Positions 51,481 to 62,845 of a stretch of DNA of 64,000 nt are shown in pieces. The translations under genes and the position numbers were made by a program. Within the stretch, counting starts at the first letter, position 1, and each line of letters begins with the position of its first letter. Under the pieces are notes generated by a model, which ran no database searches, was not told the DNA's origin, and saw only the letters and a list, made by a program, of their open reading frames with translations. The stretch is from Octopus sinensis (taxonomy: Eukaryota), in assembly GCF_006345805.1 (NCBI RefSeq), contig NC_043005.1:28024001-28088000 (forward strand). The letters are read 5' to 3'.

Positions 51481-51669
51481 ATAAGTATCCAAGGAAACAA
51501 CCAAATGTATTGTTAGCTGGCAGCTCAATTGAAACACTATATATTACACAAGTCTATTCATCTGAGAATTTCAGTTATTTCATTACCTAGGGAGTTCTCA
51601 AACATAACAATAGCCAATAATAATACATTTCTAAATCTCTCAGAGAGATTTTATGCTGTAGCAGCATGA

Positions 51670-52690
51670 TAAAGGGATAGTATGTTGTCAACTTAATGTG
51701 ACAGTCTTGTAGCAAGTCATATTAGCACTACTTTGCGATGGTAGCTTAATTTAGTTGTTTTACCTAAACTAACTAATCACTGCTAGCTGCGGAAGGATAC
51801 ATGCAGCCTGGGCAGTGAAGCACGAGTTTTAAAAAGAAAGGCCAATAGTTGAGTATACTGGACATGGTAAACAGGTTAGATGAGCTTTGACCTGGCAGGA
51901 CTTTGATCAGAAATTAGCACTCATCGACGGAAGGACTTCTATCTTAATGCACTGATTTTCTTTTTTACAACTCATGAGAACATACTAAGAAATGAACATT
52001 TGTTTACTGCTCCCGACTGACGGGAAGGCTGATATCTACAATACACAGATTGAACAATTACTAATGAATGAACACTTGATTCCTTCCCGATTATTGGGAA
52101 GGCTTACCTGCAAAGCTCCAGTAATATCTTGATTACATCAGAATAAATTCTCAGGTTTGTTAACCAAAAGGGAACATTGTCTCCTGGTATTTTATTGTGC
52201 TTTTTATGCAAAAATATATTTAAATATTACTAGCCTTCTGACATACACTCATTCAAGTAGGTACCCCACATTAACCATCATCTCCTTTGCCACAGTCCCA
52301 TGAAAGGGAAGAATGCTACTGCTATTTAGCCCTAGGAAACACTGTTTCCTGTTGGGCTTGACACATTTCCTGTGTCTTTATGTTTTCAAAGGGGAGATAA
52401 GCACATCCACTCAGCAAAGCCAGCATCCAGAGACTAGTTTCAAAGGCGGATAGAGGCATCGACAGCTAGCAAGTCATGCTACTCCAGACTGATGATGAGC
52501 AATGACTCTGAAACTAGTCTCTGAATGCTGGCTTTGCTGGTTGGAGGTGCTTGTCTCCACTTTGAAAACATAAGGACACAGGAAATATGTGAAGGCCAAC
52601 AGGAAACGGTGTTTCCTAGGGCTAAATAACGGTAGTACTCTTCCCATTCATGGGACTGTCACATTAAGTTGACAACATACTATCACTTTA
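51670..52690. mobile_element. H4 inverted structure: 150-bp arms (52293-52442 / 52509-52658) plus a 37-bp outer inverted match
   Basis: Arms mirror by eye; TAAAGGGATAGTATGTTGTCAACTTAATGTGACAGTC (51670-51706) mirrors 52654-52690. Confidence 0.8.
52484..52523 (+). ncRNA. Minimal hammerhead ribozyme motif H4, intact core
   Basis: CCAGA CTGATGA T GAG CAATGA CTC T GAA ACTAGT C TCTG: stem I CAGA/TCTG, palindrome ACTAGT, GUC site. Confidence 0.75.
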
Positions 52691-53229
52691 TAACAACAGC
52701 CACTGTTCATACAGTTTCTCTGAAGATTTCTCTACCATGTCCAAAGTCATCTATTTTCATTTATCATCACTATCATCATCATTGTTACATAATTAATGTA
52801 AAAAGAGACAACACAAACTTAGATTTTCTAATTACATATGAGATTGGAGTCCTGTATGTCTGAGGTGGGAGAAGTCCTGTGGCCTTTGGGATACATAAAT
52901 GAAACCTTGATTCTACATTAGAAATACATTTTCGTTGATTACATAATATCATATCTATTTTAATATTCTTAAATTCTTACAAAAATATCATTAACAACAG
53001 GTTTACATTTTTATTTCTTCCCTTAGTTTTCACAATTACATTATCATAATAAATGACATTACATTTTGGAGTATATTTAATAAATGTTCTTTATTACAGT
53101 CATATTAAATGTGTCCATCAAATATAAATAGGGTTCTGCTTCTTCTCTATATGTTTGCTTGACCTGCTGGAAATAGCAGCCACAAATCCCACAATACTAT
53201 ATTAAAGATGAAAAGGACACAAAAGATAT

Positions 53230-53665
53230 TCTTTTCTACTCAAGGCACAAGGCCCAAAATTTTGGGGGAGGGAGGCCAGTCAATTAGATCGATCCCAGTA
53301 CATAACTGGAATTTAATTTATCGACCCCTGAAAGGATGAAAGGCAAAGTGGACCTTGGTGGAATTTGAACTCAGAACATAAAGACAGATGAAATACCACT
53401 AAGCATTTCACCCAGTGCGCTAATGTTTCTTATTTCTTTATTGCCCACAAGGGGCTAAACATAGAGAGGACAAACAAGCACAAAGAAAAGGATTAAGTCG
53501 ATTTCATCAACCCCAGTGCATAACTGGTACTTAATTTATCGACCCCGAAAGGATGAAAGGCAAAGTTGACCTCAGTGGATTTGAACTCAGAACATAACGA
53601 TAGACGAAATACCACTAAGCATTTCACCCGGTGTGCTAACGTTTCTGCCAGCTTGCCGCCTTAGG
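53230..53665 (-). mobile_element. Two tandem SINE C copies
   Basis: ATTTATCGACCCC(T)GAAAGGATGAAAGGCAAAGT occurs at about 53318 and 53535. Confidence 0.9.
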
Positions 53666-53814
53666 ACACATAAGATATTATAGTATGGCTATGAGGTTAA
53701 GAACTTACTGCACAATTGTGTGAGATTAAAGGTTCAACTTGGGTGAGTATCTTCTACTATAGCCTTGGTTTGAGTAATGCAGTGTAAGGGAATTTGGTAG
53801 ATTGAAATTGCAGA

Positions 53815-53942
53815 GGAATGAGAACCCAGGTTCAAAATTTGCCCAACTCACCTGATGAAAGCTGGAGGGTATATCAGCCAAAACGTGTTAACAAACAAGA
53901 TGAGGACAAATATCTGTTAAATGTAAATAATGTAAATAATGA
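53815..53942 (+). mobile_element. H1 tail, cleavage-triplet-deleted variant
   Basis: CTCAC CTGATGA AAGCTG GAGGGTATAT CAGCC AAAAC GTGTT. Confidence 0.8.
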
Positions 53943-54584
53943 ACATGAATGTACATTGATGTTTATTCCATGCATATTCCATGCTCATTGGAATATTCCA
54001 TGTATATTCCATGCTCATCAACACTAAAACCACGTGATACTAATGTTGACATTTATAACTGTCCGCTTTGCACTTTCAGAGAGCTGTGGGATAAAGATAT
54101 CTCTTAAAACCAGGAAGGGTTGACAACAGGAAGTGCATCCAACTGTACAATCTTGCTTTAAACAATAGTCCATCCAAACTCATAGTAACAGAAAAAAAAA
54201 CATTAAATGAATAGCTGTACATTTTTATTATTGTACATTTTATGTTATATGAAATAAGGAGTCTTTTTCACTCAAGGTCTTGGATTTGAATAACATCATT
54301 GAAATGAAAAGTGTTGAAGACTTCACTGAAAATTAATAGCTAATGGAATAATTTATAAAAAAAAACAAATAGTAATTGAATTTCAATGATTAATATTGAT
54401 TGAAAAGTGAAATATAACTTCTACTGAATAAAAAAGTGTTTGTCATTAGAACAAATGTGCTTGTTGAGAGATTGTTGCCAAATATAAAGAAAGGAAACAA
54501 AACTTGTTATTTAATGATAACAATGATGGTGATGGTGGTGATTCATTTTATATATTGTTACTGTAAACCATTAGTAGTTAATAA

Positions 54585-54615
<31 letters not shown>

Positions 54616-54837
54616 CTATGATAAAGAGAATGGTAATATTGAATGTTGAGATTTTCAGATTTGCACTCAATGAATTGCAGGTTATTGTGCCTTCCTTTGA
54701 GAAATTAATGAAGGGTTTGGTTGTAAATTATATCAGTTTGCTTGAATGTATTATTATTTAAAAAAAAAGAAAAAAGGAAAAGTCTGCACAAAGTTAAATC
54801 TTTTAGTTATAATAGGAGAAAATGTATACACATTTTG

Positions 54838-54898
<61 letters not shown>

Positions 54899-55099
54899 AT
54901 GTGTCAGGGAAGGGCCAAATAACTGATGTGTCAAAGAAACATGCCTTAAGATATTCAGTCTGCCAAGTTACATCCCTATTTAATCTATTTAATGGGATCA
55001 ATAAAATTGATTAAAATTCTTGAAAGATGTGCCCCAGCATAGCCATATACAAATGACTGAGACCAGTACAAATACAATAGTATGATATACAGAAATAAA

Positions 55100-55420
55100 T
55101 ATAATTTATTTTTAATCTGACTCAATTTCATTAATGCAGTCAATAGTTTGATGTATTGTGACCAATGAAATATATCAGTCAGTGAATGTCCAGCCTTATT
55201 GATATATTGTCCAGTGGTATAAATCAATGTCCAGGCTTTATGATCCTTTGTGTCCAGAGGTATATACCAGAAAATGACAAACCTTATTGAGTGTTTATGT
55301 CCAGTGCTATATATATCAATTAGCGCTCAGGTGTATTGATCAATTGTATCCAGAGGTATAGATCAGAAAACGATGAACCTTATTGATCAATTATGTCCAG
55401 AAGAAATAGCACCTGCTCTG
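55100..55420 (+). repeat. Degenerate minisatellite (TGTCCAG..GTATA..TATTGATCAATT)
   Basis: Repeated GTCCAG and CAGAAAA.GA..AACCTTATTGA. Confidence 0.65.
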
Positions 55421-56364
55421 GATTGACAGATGAACTGAGCTGTATAAAGTGAAGTCTACTCTTTACAGACAAAACCGGATCCTCTAGGATCTTAAGTGAT
55501 GAATTACAATACAAAATAAGTTAAGTAAAATGACCAAACTGAAGTCTAGATCTTGAACATGATGGAGCAAAAAAGCCTCCCACCACTAGCTTAACTTCAC
55601 TAGAACCACATCAATGACCATGTAAAATATAAGAGGCTTTCCTGCTTGCACATCACACTCAACCACTCCAAGACTTTAATCACTATTTTACAACATTCAC
55701 AAAAATTCCTTATTTGCAGTTACATAATAAATAAACAAATATTTCAACTCCAGATTTTTTTCCCTAAAATTCTATTCGATTTCCTGATATTTTATTTCAT
55801 TCCCTGCAATCAGTTAGAATACACAAAAAATAAATTATGTCTGTTTCAATGAACTTTTAAGATGCATTAAAAGCTTCATTTAATTTGTGGATAATGAAAG
55901 CATTTTTTTTTCATTCCATTTTATATTGTCAAGTTTTTAGTGAAAGAATGGTTGACCTTTCAGATTCTTCTATACAGTGACAACAATTAAGTTGTACAAT
56001 TATAACTAACCTCATATGAAGTAATCAGTACTGCTTCAATGGTTCACCATCATCTTCTGTAGTCTGCTGGCCTCTACACATGTTTCCATGAACTGCACAC
56101 AACTGGCAATTAATACAATGTGTGTGTGCACGCATGTGTGTGTATGTGTGTGCACACGTATGCATGTGCATGTGAGTACATGTTTAAATCTAAATTTGTG
56201 CAAGAGCATATCTATGTAAGAGTGTACTTCAGTATTTATTTTGTTGTATAGGTTCACGTAGATGTGTTTGTGTGTGTTAGTGAATGTATTTCTGTTTAAG
56301 TAGATCTATGCTCAATGTATGTGAATCAGAGTATGTATAAATCTGTATTTGTGTGAAAGTGTCA

Positions 56365-56588
56365 AATTAGTGTATAATTATAGCAGTTTTTTTTTGCAAT
56401 AAATTTTATTCAACAAAAAATTTTAACAAAACACCAGTTTAAACAAAACGTCAAGTAGAAATAGAAGTAGATGGTGAATATGCTCCGGAATAATCATTAA
56501 AAGATGTTTTTGTTAAATGTTGTATTGTTTTTGTTGAATAAAATTTATTGAAAAAAAAAAGCCACAATAATTATGCACCAACCTAATA
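56365..56588. mobile_element. Mariner-type MITE remnant
   Basis: Right end TTATGCACCAACCTAATA resembles the mariner TIR; internal inverted AATAAATTTTATTCAACAAAAA / TTTTTGTTGAATAAAATTTATT. Confidence 0.65.
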
Positions 56589-56789
56589 TGTATATGTGAG
56601 AGTGTTTGCCAGCATTTGTTAAGAGGGTGTAATGGAACCTCTGTCTATATAACTGTGATCTTGTGTATAATACTCACATCTATGTGTGCATACATGCACT
56701 TGTACACATCTGTGTGCATACCATTTAATACAGTATTTGCAATGACAGAAAAAGCTGTGCAAAGACAATAAAATAATAATAATAATCTA

Positions 56790-57219
56790 GTGCTTTGTCA
56801 CTTGTGTGTGCATCTCCAGCTATTGCAATACCTGGATATGCACACTTAAGAGACAAAGAACTAGAAAAGATTGAAAAGAACAGACTACTAAAGGACAAAA
56901 TTGCAAGAACGTTGACTATGAGGAGAGAATCTGTCATTCCAGTAGTTGTAGGTGCACTTGGAGCACTAACAACCAAGTTTGAGAAATATGTCAGAGAAAT
57001 CGGAATTGATACAAGAGTAGAACAAGCCAAAGAAACTGCTGGGGACAGCTAGGATTTCAGGATTGGCACTCGGATGTTGAATGTCTCCCACAATAACGGC
57101 CAAGAATCAAAGCTTATAATGTGTGGAAAGAGACTCTGTGAGACCTCTGACAGCAGCTGCTGTCCACTCTCACAGAATCTAGCAGAATAAACAGGACCGA
57201 ACGTTCTGAGAAGTAAAGC
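56790..57219 (+). mobile_element. 3' fragment of a restriction-like-endonuclease LINE (R4/Dong/NeSL type) within (TAA)n
   Basis: AIPGYAHLRDKELEKIEK...VIPVVVGALGALTTKFEKYVREIGID then, after a frameshift, LGTARI...GC*; 3' UTR; (AAT)n on both flanks. Confidence 0.85.
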
Positions 57220-57269
57220 AATACTACTACTACTACTAATAATAATAGTAATAATAATAATAATCCCTA

Positions 57270-57460
57270 TTATAGGTATAAGACCAACCATTTTTAGGGG
57301 ACGGGGTTAGTTGATTACATCAGTCCAAGTTCTTGAGTGGTACCTGTTTAATTGACCCTGAAAGGATGAAAGGCAAAGTCAACCTCACTGGAATTTGAAC
57401 TCAGAACATGAACTCCGCTTAGCACTTTGTTCAATGTGCTAACGATTTTGTCAGCTCACC
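57270..57460 (-). mobile_element. SINE family C
   Basis: TTGACCCTGAAAGGATGAAAGGCAAAGTCAACCTCACTGGAATTTGAACTCAGAAC. Confidence 0.8.
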
Positions 57461-58256
57461 ACCTTGTTGTTGTTGTTGTTGGTTATGATGATGATGATGA
57501 TGATGATGATGACAACGACGACGACAACAACGACGATGACGATGAGTTCTTTTATTAGCCTGTTGTTTTGAACCAAAGACCAGAGAATCAAAGCTGGCAT
57601 CTCTTTGGTCATAACTGCCAAATTACAAGTAATAAAAAGTGAAAAAGCAATAAATACTAATGATAACAGAATATTCAGATCAGAATTTTAGAGGGAAAAT
57701 GTACTGATGGCTTATTAGATTGGTACTCTGTTTTATCAATGGATTTTATTGATTGAGTGACTGGTTGATGAATTCATTTAGTGATTGATTAAACTAACTC
57801 ACTGATTGATTGATTCACTGCTGGATTGATTGATTGATTGATTGATTGTCAGGTTACCTTAATAACTGATTAAGAAGTTGACTAACTGAATGAATAATTA
57901 AATGTTTGAGTGACTGATAATACAGTAGGAATCTTTGAACAGCATAGCAGTTAAAACTTTCTTCTGCAATAGAGTAGCTCCTTCATGAATTACAAGACAG
58001 ATAGCTGCCATATTAGAAAATACCTGATGCCTTACTCGTCATCATATGACTAACACGTTACCACTGTTTTTTTTTTTATCAGATGGATGATCTCACATAC
58101 ACATATACATACACATACATACACTTACATAAACCTAACCCATGTGCACAGAGAGACATACACAACTACTGCATACAAAAATGTGTATAAACACATAGAT
58201 AAACATGCATAAACACATGCATGTTCACAGATACATATGCACACACATACAAACAT

Positions 58257-58257
<1 letters not shown>

Positions 58258-58342
<85 letters not shown>

Positions 58343-58377
58343 TGAGAAAGAGAGAGAGAGACAGAGAAACTAAGAAG

Positions 58378-58442
<65 letters not shown>

Positions 58443-58469
58443 TGAGAAAGAGAGAGAGAGACAGAGAAG

Positions 58470-58535
<66 letters not shown>

Positions 58536-58638
58536 CTTATACATACGCACACTTATATATACCCATGCTAGCATGGAAAGCAGACGTTAAACGATGATGA
58601 TGATGATGATGTGTGTATGCATATGTATGAGTGTGAGA

Positions 58639-58669
<31 letters not shown>

Positions 58670-59172
58670 TGTATATATGTATGTATAAGCCAGTATACAT
58701 GTCAACAAGTACGCATCTACTTTCACACGCTTATAAACGCATCTACCCGTGCATGTACACGCATTTGTATCCATCCATCCATTCAACCAAACATACATAC
58801 ATACATACATACATATAGAAACACATTTGCCCTCAAACATGAATATACTGAGAGAGACAGCAAGGGATTTAATACACACTCTCACATATACACACGCACC
58901 CAGCAGGAGCAGCACCATGTACACTCATATATATATACATATACTCTAGCAGTGGCATACATACATATGGATCAGGTGCAGACGAGTGGCATGTATACTC
59001 ACGTGTGTACACACACACGCACGCACGCACTCATGCACACACACAAACACACACGTACACACACACTCACTCACTGTAAATGACTTCTGCTCAATGAACT
59101 AGAATAAATTTAAAAGAGGAAGGAGAGAAAGAGGTAGAGAAAGTCAAAGGAAAGGTAGATAGATAGATAGAT

Positions 59173-59249
<77 letters not shown>

Positions 59250-59250
59250 G
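58258..59250. repeat. (GATA)n/(TATG)n/(CA)n microsatellites; locally duplicated GATTGAGAAAGAGAGAGAGACAGAGAA unit
   Basis: Direct reading. Confidence 0.9.
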
Positions 59251-60164
59251 GAGAGAGAGAGAAACAGAGGGGAGAAAGAGAGACAGACAGGGAAAGAAAG
59301 CAGTGAAGAAAGAGAAAGACGGATAGGTGAGAAGGAGAGAACGATAAATAAGAGACAGAGGTAGGGATAGAGAGGGAGACAGACAGAGAAAAAAAGGGAA
59401 GGAACAAAAACAGAGTCGGGGAAAGAGAGAGAAAGAGAGAAGGAAAGAATGAGAAAGACAGAGGACAGAGAGAGTGGGGGGTCTCTTGAGAGGAATACCT
59501 CGTTAATGTGATGTAGCCAGTCTGCTTGTCTGCAAGTGGCAAGTCAAGATATTTCATACTGATATTGCCCTCCAAGAAACGGTGAATAATCTCCAAATTC
59601 TAAATAAAACGACTCCTGCTAGATTCACAGAACTATTTTGATCAATACTATTCAGTACAGCCTTGTAAGAAAAGAGGGTTTAAGCTATTTGTAATGGCAA
59701 GTGGAGAGTGGGTGTCAGGTTTATTTCTTTTCTCCATATATCTGCACAGATATCGTCTGCTTTTGGAATCTATTTGCATATAACGTTCTTCTTCCTCCTC
59801 CCTTCCTCCTCTCTCTGCACATACATACGAACATACATAAATACACACACACACACACACACTCACACACATATATATGAACATAATATATATGTTCATA
59901 CATATGCAGTGGTGCTCCAGCATGACCGCAGCCGCATGGCTAAAACAAATTATAGAATGCATACATACAGAGACACAAGTTTGGTAGTGTGGTTAAGAAG
60001 TTCTCTTCACAACCACGTGATTTCAAGTTCAGTTCCACTGAGTGACACCTTGAGCTAGTGTCTTTAATGATAAACAGACATTGACTAATGCTTTGTGAAT
60101 GAACGTGAAAGAGTGTGTGTGCGTGCGTGCGTGTGTGTGTGTGCGCGTATATATATATAATTAT

Positions 60165-60259
60165 TGTGATAATTATTCGGTAACCATGATAAAACTCCGA
60201 GTTTCCACCCCGACATCCGAAACTCGGAGTTTTATCATGGCTATCGAATAATTATCACA
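60165..60259. repeat. 41-bp-arm palindrome whose arms start at GAAACTCGGAGTT (3' half of a hammerhead)
   Basis: TGTGATAATTATTCG...AAACTCCGAGTTTC [13 nt] GAAACTCGGAGTTT...CGAATAATTATCACA. Confidence 0.8.
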
Positions 60260-60347
60260 TTTACAGATAAATTCCTCTATTTACATAATATCAAGGTCTC
60301 TTTCATTCTTTTGTGGTCTTACCATTTCTATCAATATATATATATAT

Positions 60348-60421
<74 letters not shown>

Positions 60422-60516
60422 CATACATACATACCGGAGAAAGCACATAAATACGAAACAAAGTAGAAAAGAGAGTACTCAAATATGCTTTTTAAAAAGC
60501 AGCAAAAATATCACAA

Positions 60517-60560
60517 AAACTGTTACTCAGAGTTTCGCGTTCCCGTTAGTCAGACAGTTT
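60517..60560 (-). ncRNA. Hammerhead motif H5, minus copy (G8->U)
   Basis: AAACTGT CTGACTA ACG GGAA CGC GAA ACTC T GAGT A ACAGTTT. Confidence 0.6.
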
Positions 60561-60568
60561 TGTTAAAA

Positions 60569-60612
60569 AAACTATCCGACGAATGGGAATGTGAAACTCT
60601 GAGTAACAGTTT
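60569..60612 (+). ncRNA. Hammerhead motif H5, plus copy (U4->C, CpG-decayed)
   Basis: AAACTAT CCGACGA ATG GGAA TGT GAA ACTC T GAGT A ACAGTTT. Confidence 0.6.
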
Positions 60613-60648
60613 TTGTGATATTTCTGCTACTTTTTAATAAAGTATATA

Positions 60649-60697
<49 letters not shown>

Positions 60698-60702
60698 ATA
60701 CG

Positions 60703-60734
<32 letters not shown>

Positions 60735-61167
60735 CACGTGTGTGCGTACTTCTTTGTGTTTGTTGTTCCACCGCTTAACAATGGTGCTGGCTTGTTTACA
60801 AAGCCGTTACTTAGCGGTTTGACAAAAAGAGACTGATAAGATAAATATCAGATTTCAAAACAAGTACTGAATCAGTTTGTTTCGAATTAATATTTGAAGA
60901 CGGTGCCCCAGCATTATCGCAGTCCAAACATTGAGGCTAATAAAACGATAAAATAATATATATATACCTGAGTGCACACAAATGGAGAATTCTGAATATT
61001 ACAGTTTTGAAGCATACAGAAGTGACATTTTGGAACACTACAATGGTTTAGATCATAGGTTCTCAGTGGGCGGGGGAATGGTAGAGAAAAATGTGTTGTC
61101 GGGAAGGCAGTGAATTGTGGGGACGCTATGAATTTAATATATTATTATAGTATTTTATACAAATTAT

Positions 61168-61538
61168 GGGATCTTTTCACTTTGACCAGCAGATTTTTAA
61201 AATAATTTCTTTGTAACTAAACACTTTTAAACTTCGTATACTGGTAGAATGTGTCACATAAAACATCTTTTTCTCTTGGCGTTCTTGGAGTTGTTGTTGA
61301 ACTTGGTGACAAACAGCAGCAGAAATTGTATTCACTTCAATAGACGTCATTGATTGGTTGAAATTGCCGAAATACAAGAAATTTAACAACAAATAGTTTA
61401 CAAACTACAGAATTTTCTCAAGAATGCCAAGAGAAAAAAATGTTTTATGTGACACATTCTACCAGTATACGAAGTTTAAAAGTGTTTAGTTACAAAGAAA
61501 TTATTTTTAAAATCTGCTGGTCAAAGTGAAAAGATCCT
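61168..61538. mobile_element. MITE with about 120-bp TIRs
   Basis: GGATCTTTTCACTTTGACCAGCAGATTTT...TCTTGG mirrored at 61416-61538. Confidence 0.85.
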
Positions 61539-61674
61539 TCGATTCTAGCAAAGTAAATAAAACACAAAATAAATAATTTTTTACACAAAGTAAATGATTT
61601 TTTAAAATAAAGTAAATAAAACACAAAAACAAAGTAAATAATTTTTAAACAAAGTAAATAAAACACAAAGTAAG

Positions 61675-61955
61675 GATCGACTAGTCACGACTAGCTAGCG
61701 CGGATGCGCGAGTACGTTATGTGCGCGCACCGGGACCACTCTTCTTAAGTAGTACCAAGAACTCATTATATTGAATGTTATCGATAATATCAAGTAGAAA
61801 TAGGGGGTGCTGCAGTTCCGTTGTTCCTTTACACGAACCACCATTGGTCAAAGCTAGAGTGAGTCCATAGGTCCACGGGACCAGAGCTGATCTGGAACAA
61901 AACAAACAACACATACGATTCTATACATTACGATAGCGTGCGCGCGCGCGTGTGG
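61675..61955. other. Locally CpG-rich segment (promoter-like or young repeat)
   Basis: Dense CG/GCGC motifs against a CpG-poor background; ATTGG (reverse CCAAT) near 61843. Confidence 0.35.
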
Positions 61956-62845
61956 TAAGAAGTTTGCTTCCCAACTACGCTATTTGAAGTTCAATCCCAC
62001 TATGTGTCACCGTCTTCTACTATAAGCCCCGCACCAATCTAAGCCTTGTAAGTGGATTTTGTTGACGGAAACTGAAAGAAGCCCATTTTTGTACCTGTGT
62101 TTGTCCCCCTCCACTGCTTGACCACTGGTGTTGGTTTCTTTAGGTCCTCATAACTTAGCGCGGAAAGACTTCCACCCGTCCCCACCACATTTTCTCCCAA
62201 ATTTGTTTATTAAAAATTTTTTTTTTTCCAAAAATCCCCGGAAAATTACCAAAAATCGGTATTGCCCCCCCCCCCCCATTCTAAGCCCCTCAACTTCTTC
62301 AATTTTGACTTTTTTCCCCAACACTAACCCTAAAACCCTAATCCTAACACCCTAACCCTAAAACCGTAACTGTAAGTACAGAAATGTTTTGAAATTTTTG
62401 TCCGAATCATAATGTCCATATTTTTCCGCATATTTAGAAAAAAAAAATTCTTAAAAAAAATTTTTTTTTAATTTTTGGAAAATTTTTTCAGAATCATAAT
62501 CTCCGTATTTTTCTACATATTTTGAAAAAAGTGAAAAATGAAGGAAATGGAGGTGGGGGTGTTAATTTAGAAATGTCGATTTTCGGCAATTTTTTTGAAG
62601 ATTCGTATTCCCCATAGCCGAAGGTGGGTGGGTTATGTCGAAAAAAGAAGAACAAAAACCTTTTTAATGGTGGTTTCTGGCGGGGGACGGGCGGAAGTCT
62701 TGCCCTTCCGCCAAAAGGGACCGATAGAAAAAGGAACGGGCTTTAAAAGATAAAAAGTAGTGGGGTCGATTCTCTCAACTAAAAACCCTTCAAGGCGGTG
62801 CCCCAGCATGGCCGAAGTCTAATGACTGAAACAAGTAAAAGAAAT
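61955..62845 (+). mobile_element. SINE family B interrupted by a TIR element
   Basis: Head at 61955-62160; tail resumes GACCGATAGAA...GGTGCCCCAGCATGGCCG...ATGACTGAAACAAGTAAAAG. Confidence 0.75.
62165..62701. mobile_element. Unclassified TIR element containing telomere-like (CCCTAA) repeats
   Basis: AAGACTTCCACCCGTCCCC / GGGGACGGGCGGAAGTCTT (18/19 match); CTAACCCTAAAACCCTAATCCTAACACCCTAACCCTAA at about 62324-62361. Confidence 0.7.

Noticed and set aside
51670-52690. Kolobok/TTAA-type DNA transposon reading of the outer inverted ends
   Set aside because: The flanks are ATAA/TTAT rather than TTAA, and the inner arm starts at a hammerhead. Not fully excluded.
62322-62370. True telomeric or chromosome-fusion signature
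   Set aside because: The tract is short, degenerate and enclosed within a TIR element.
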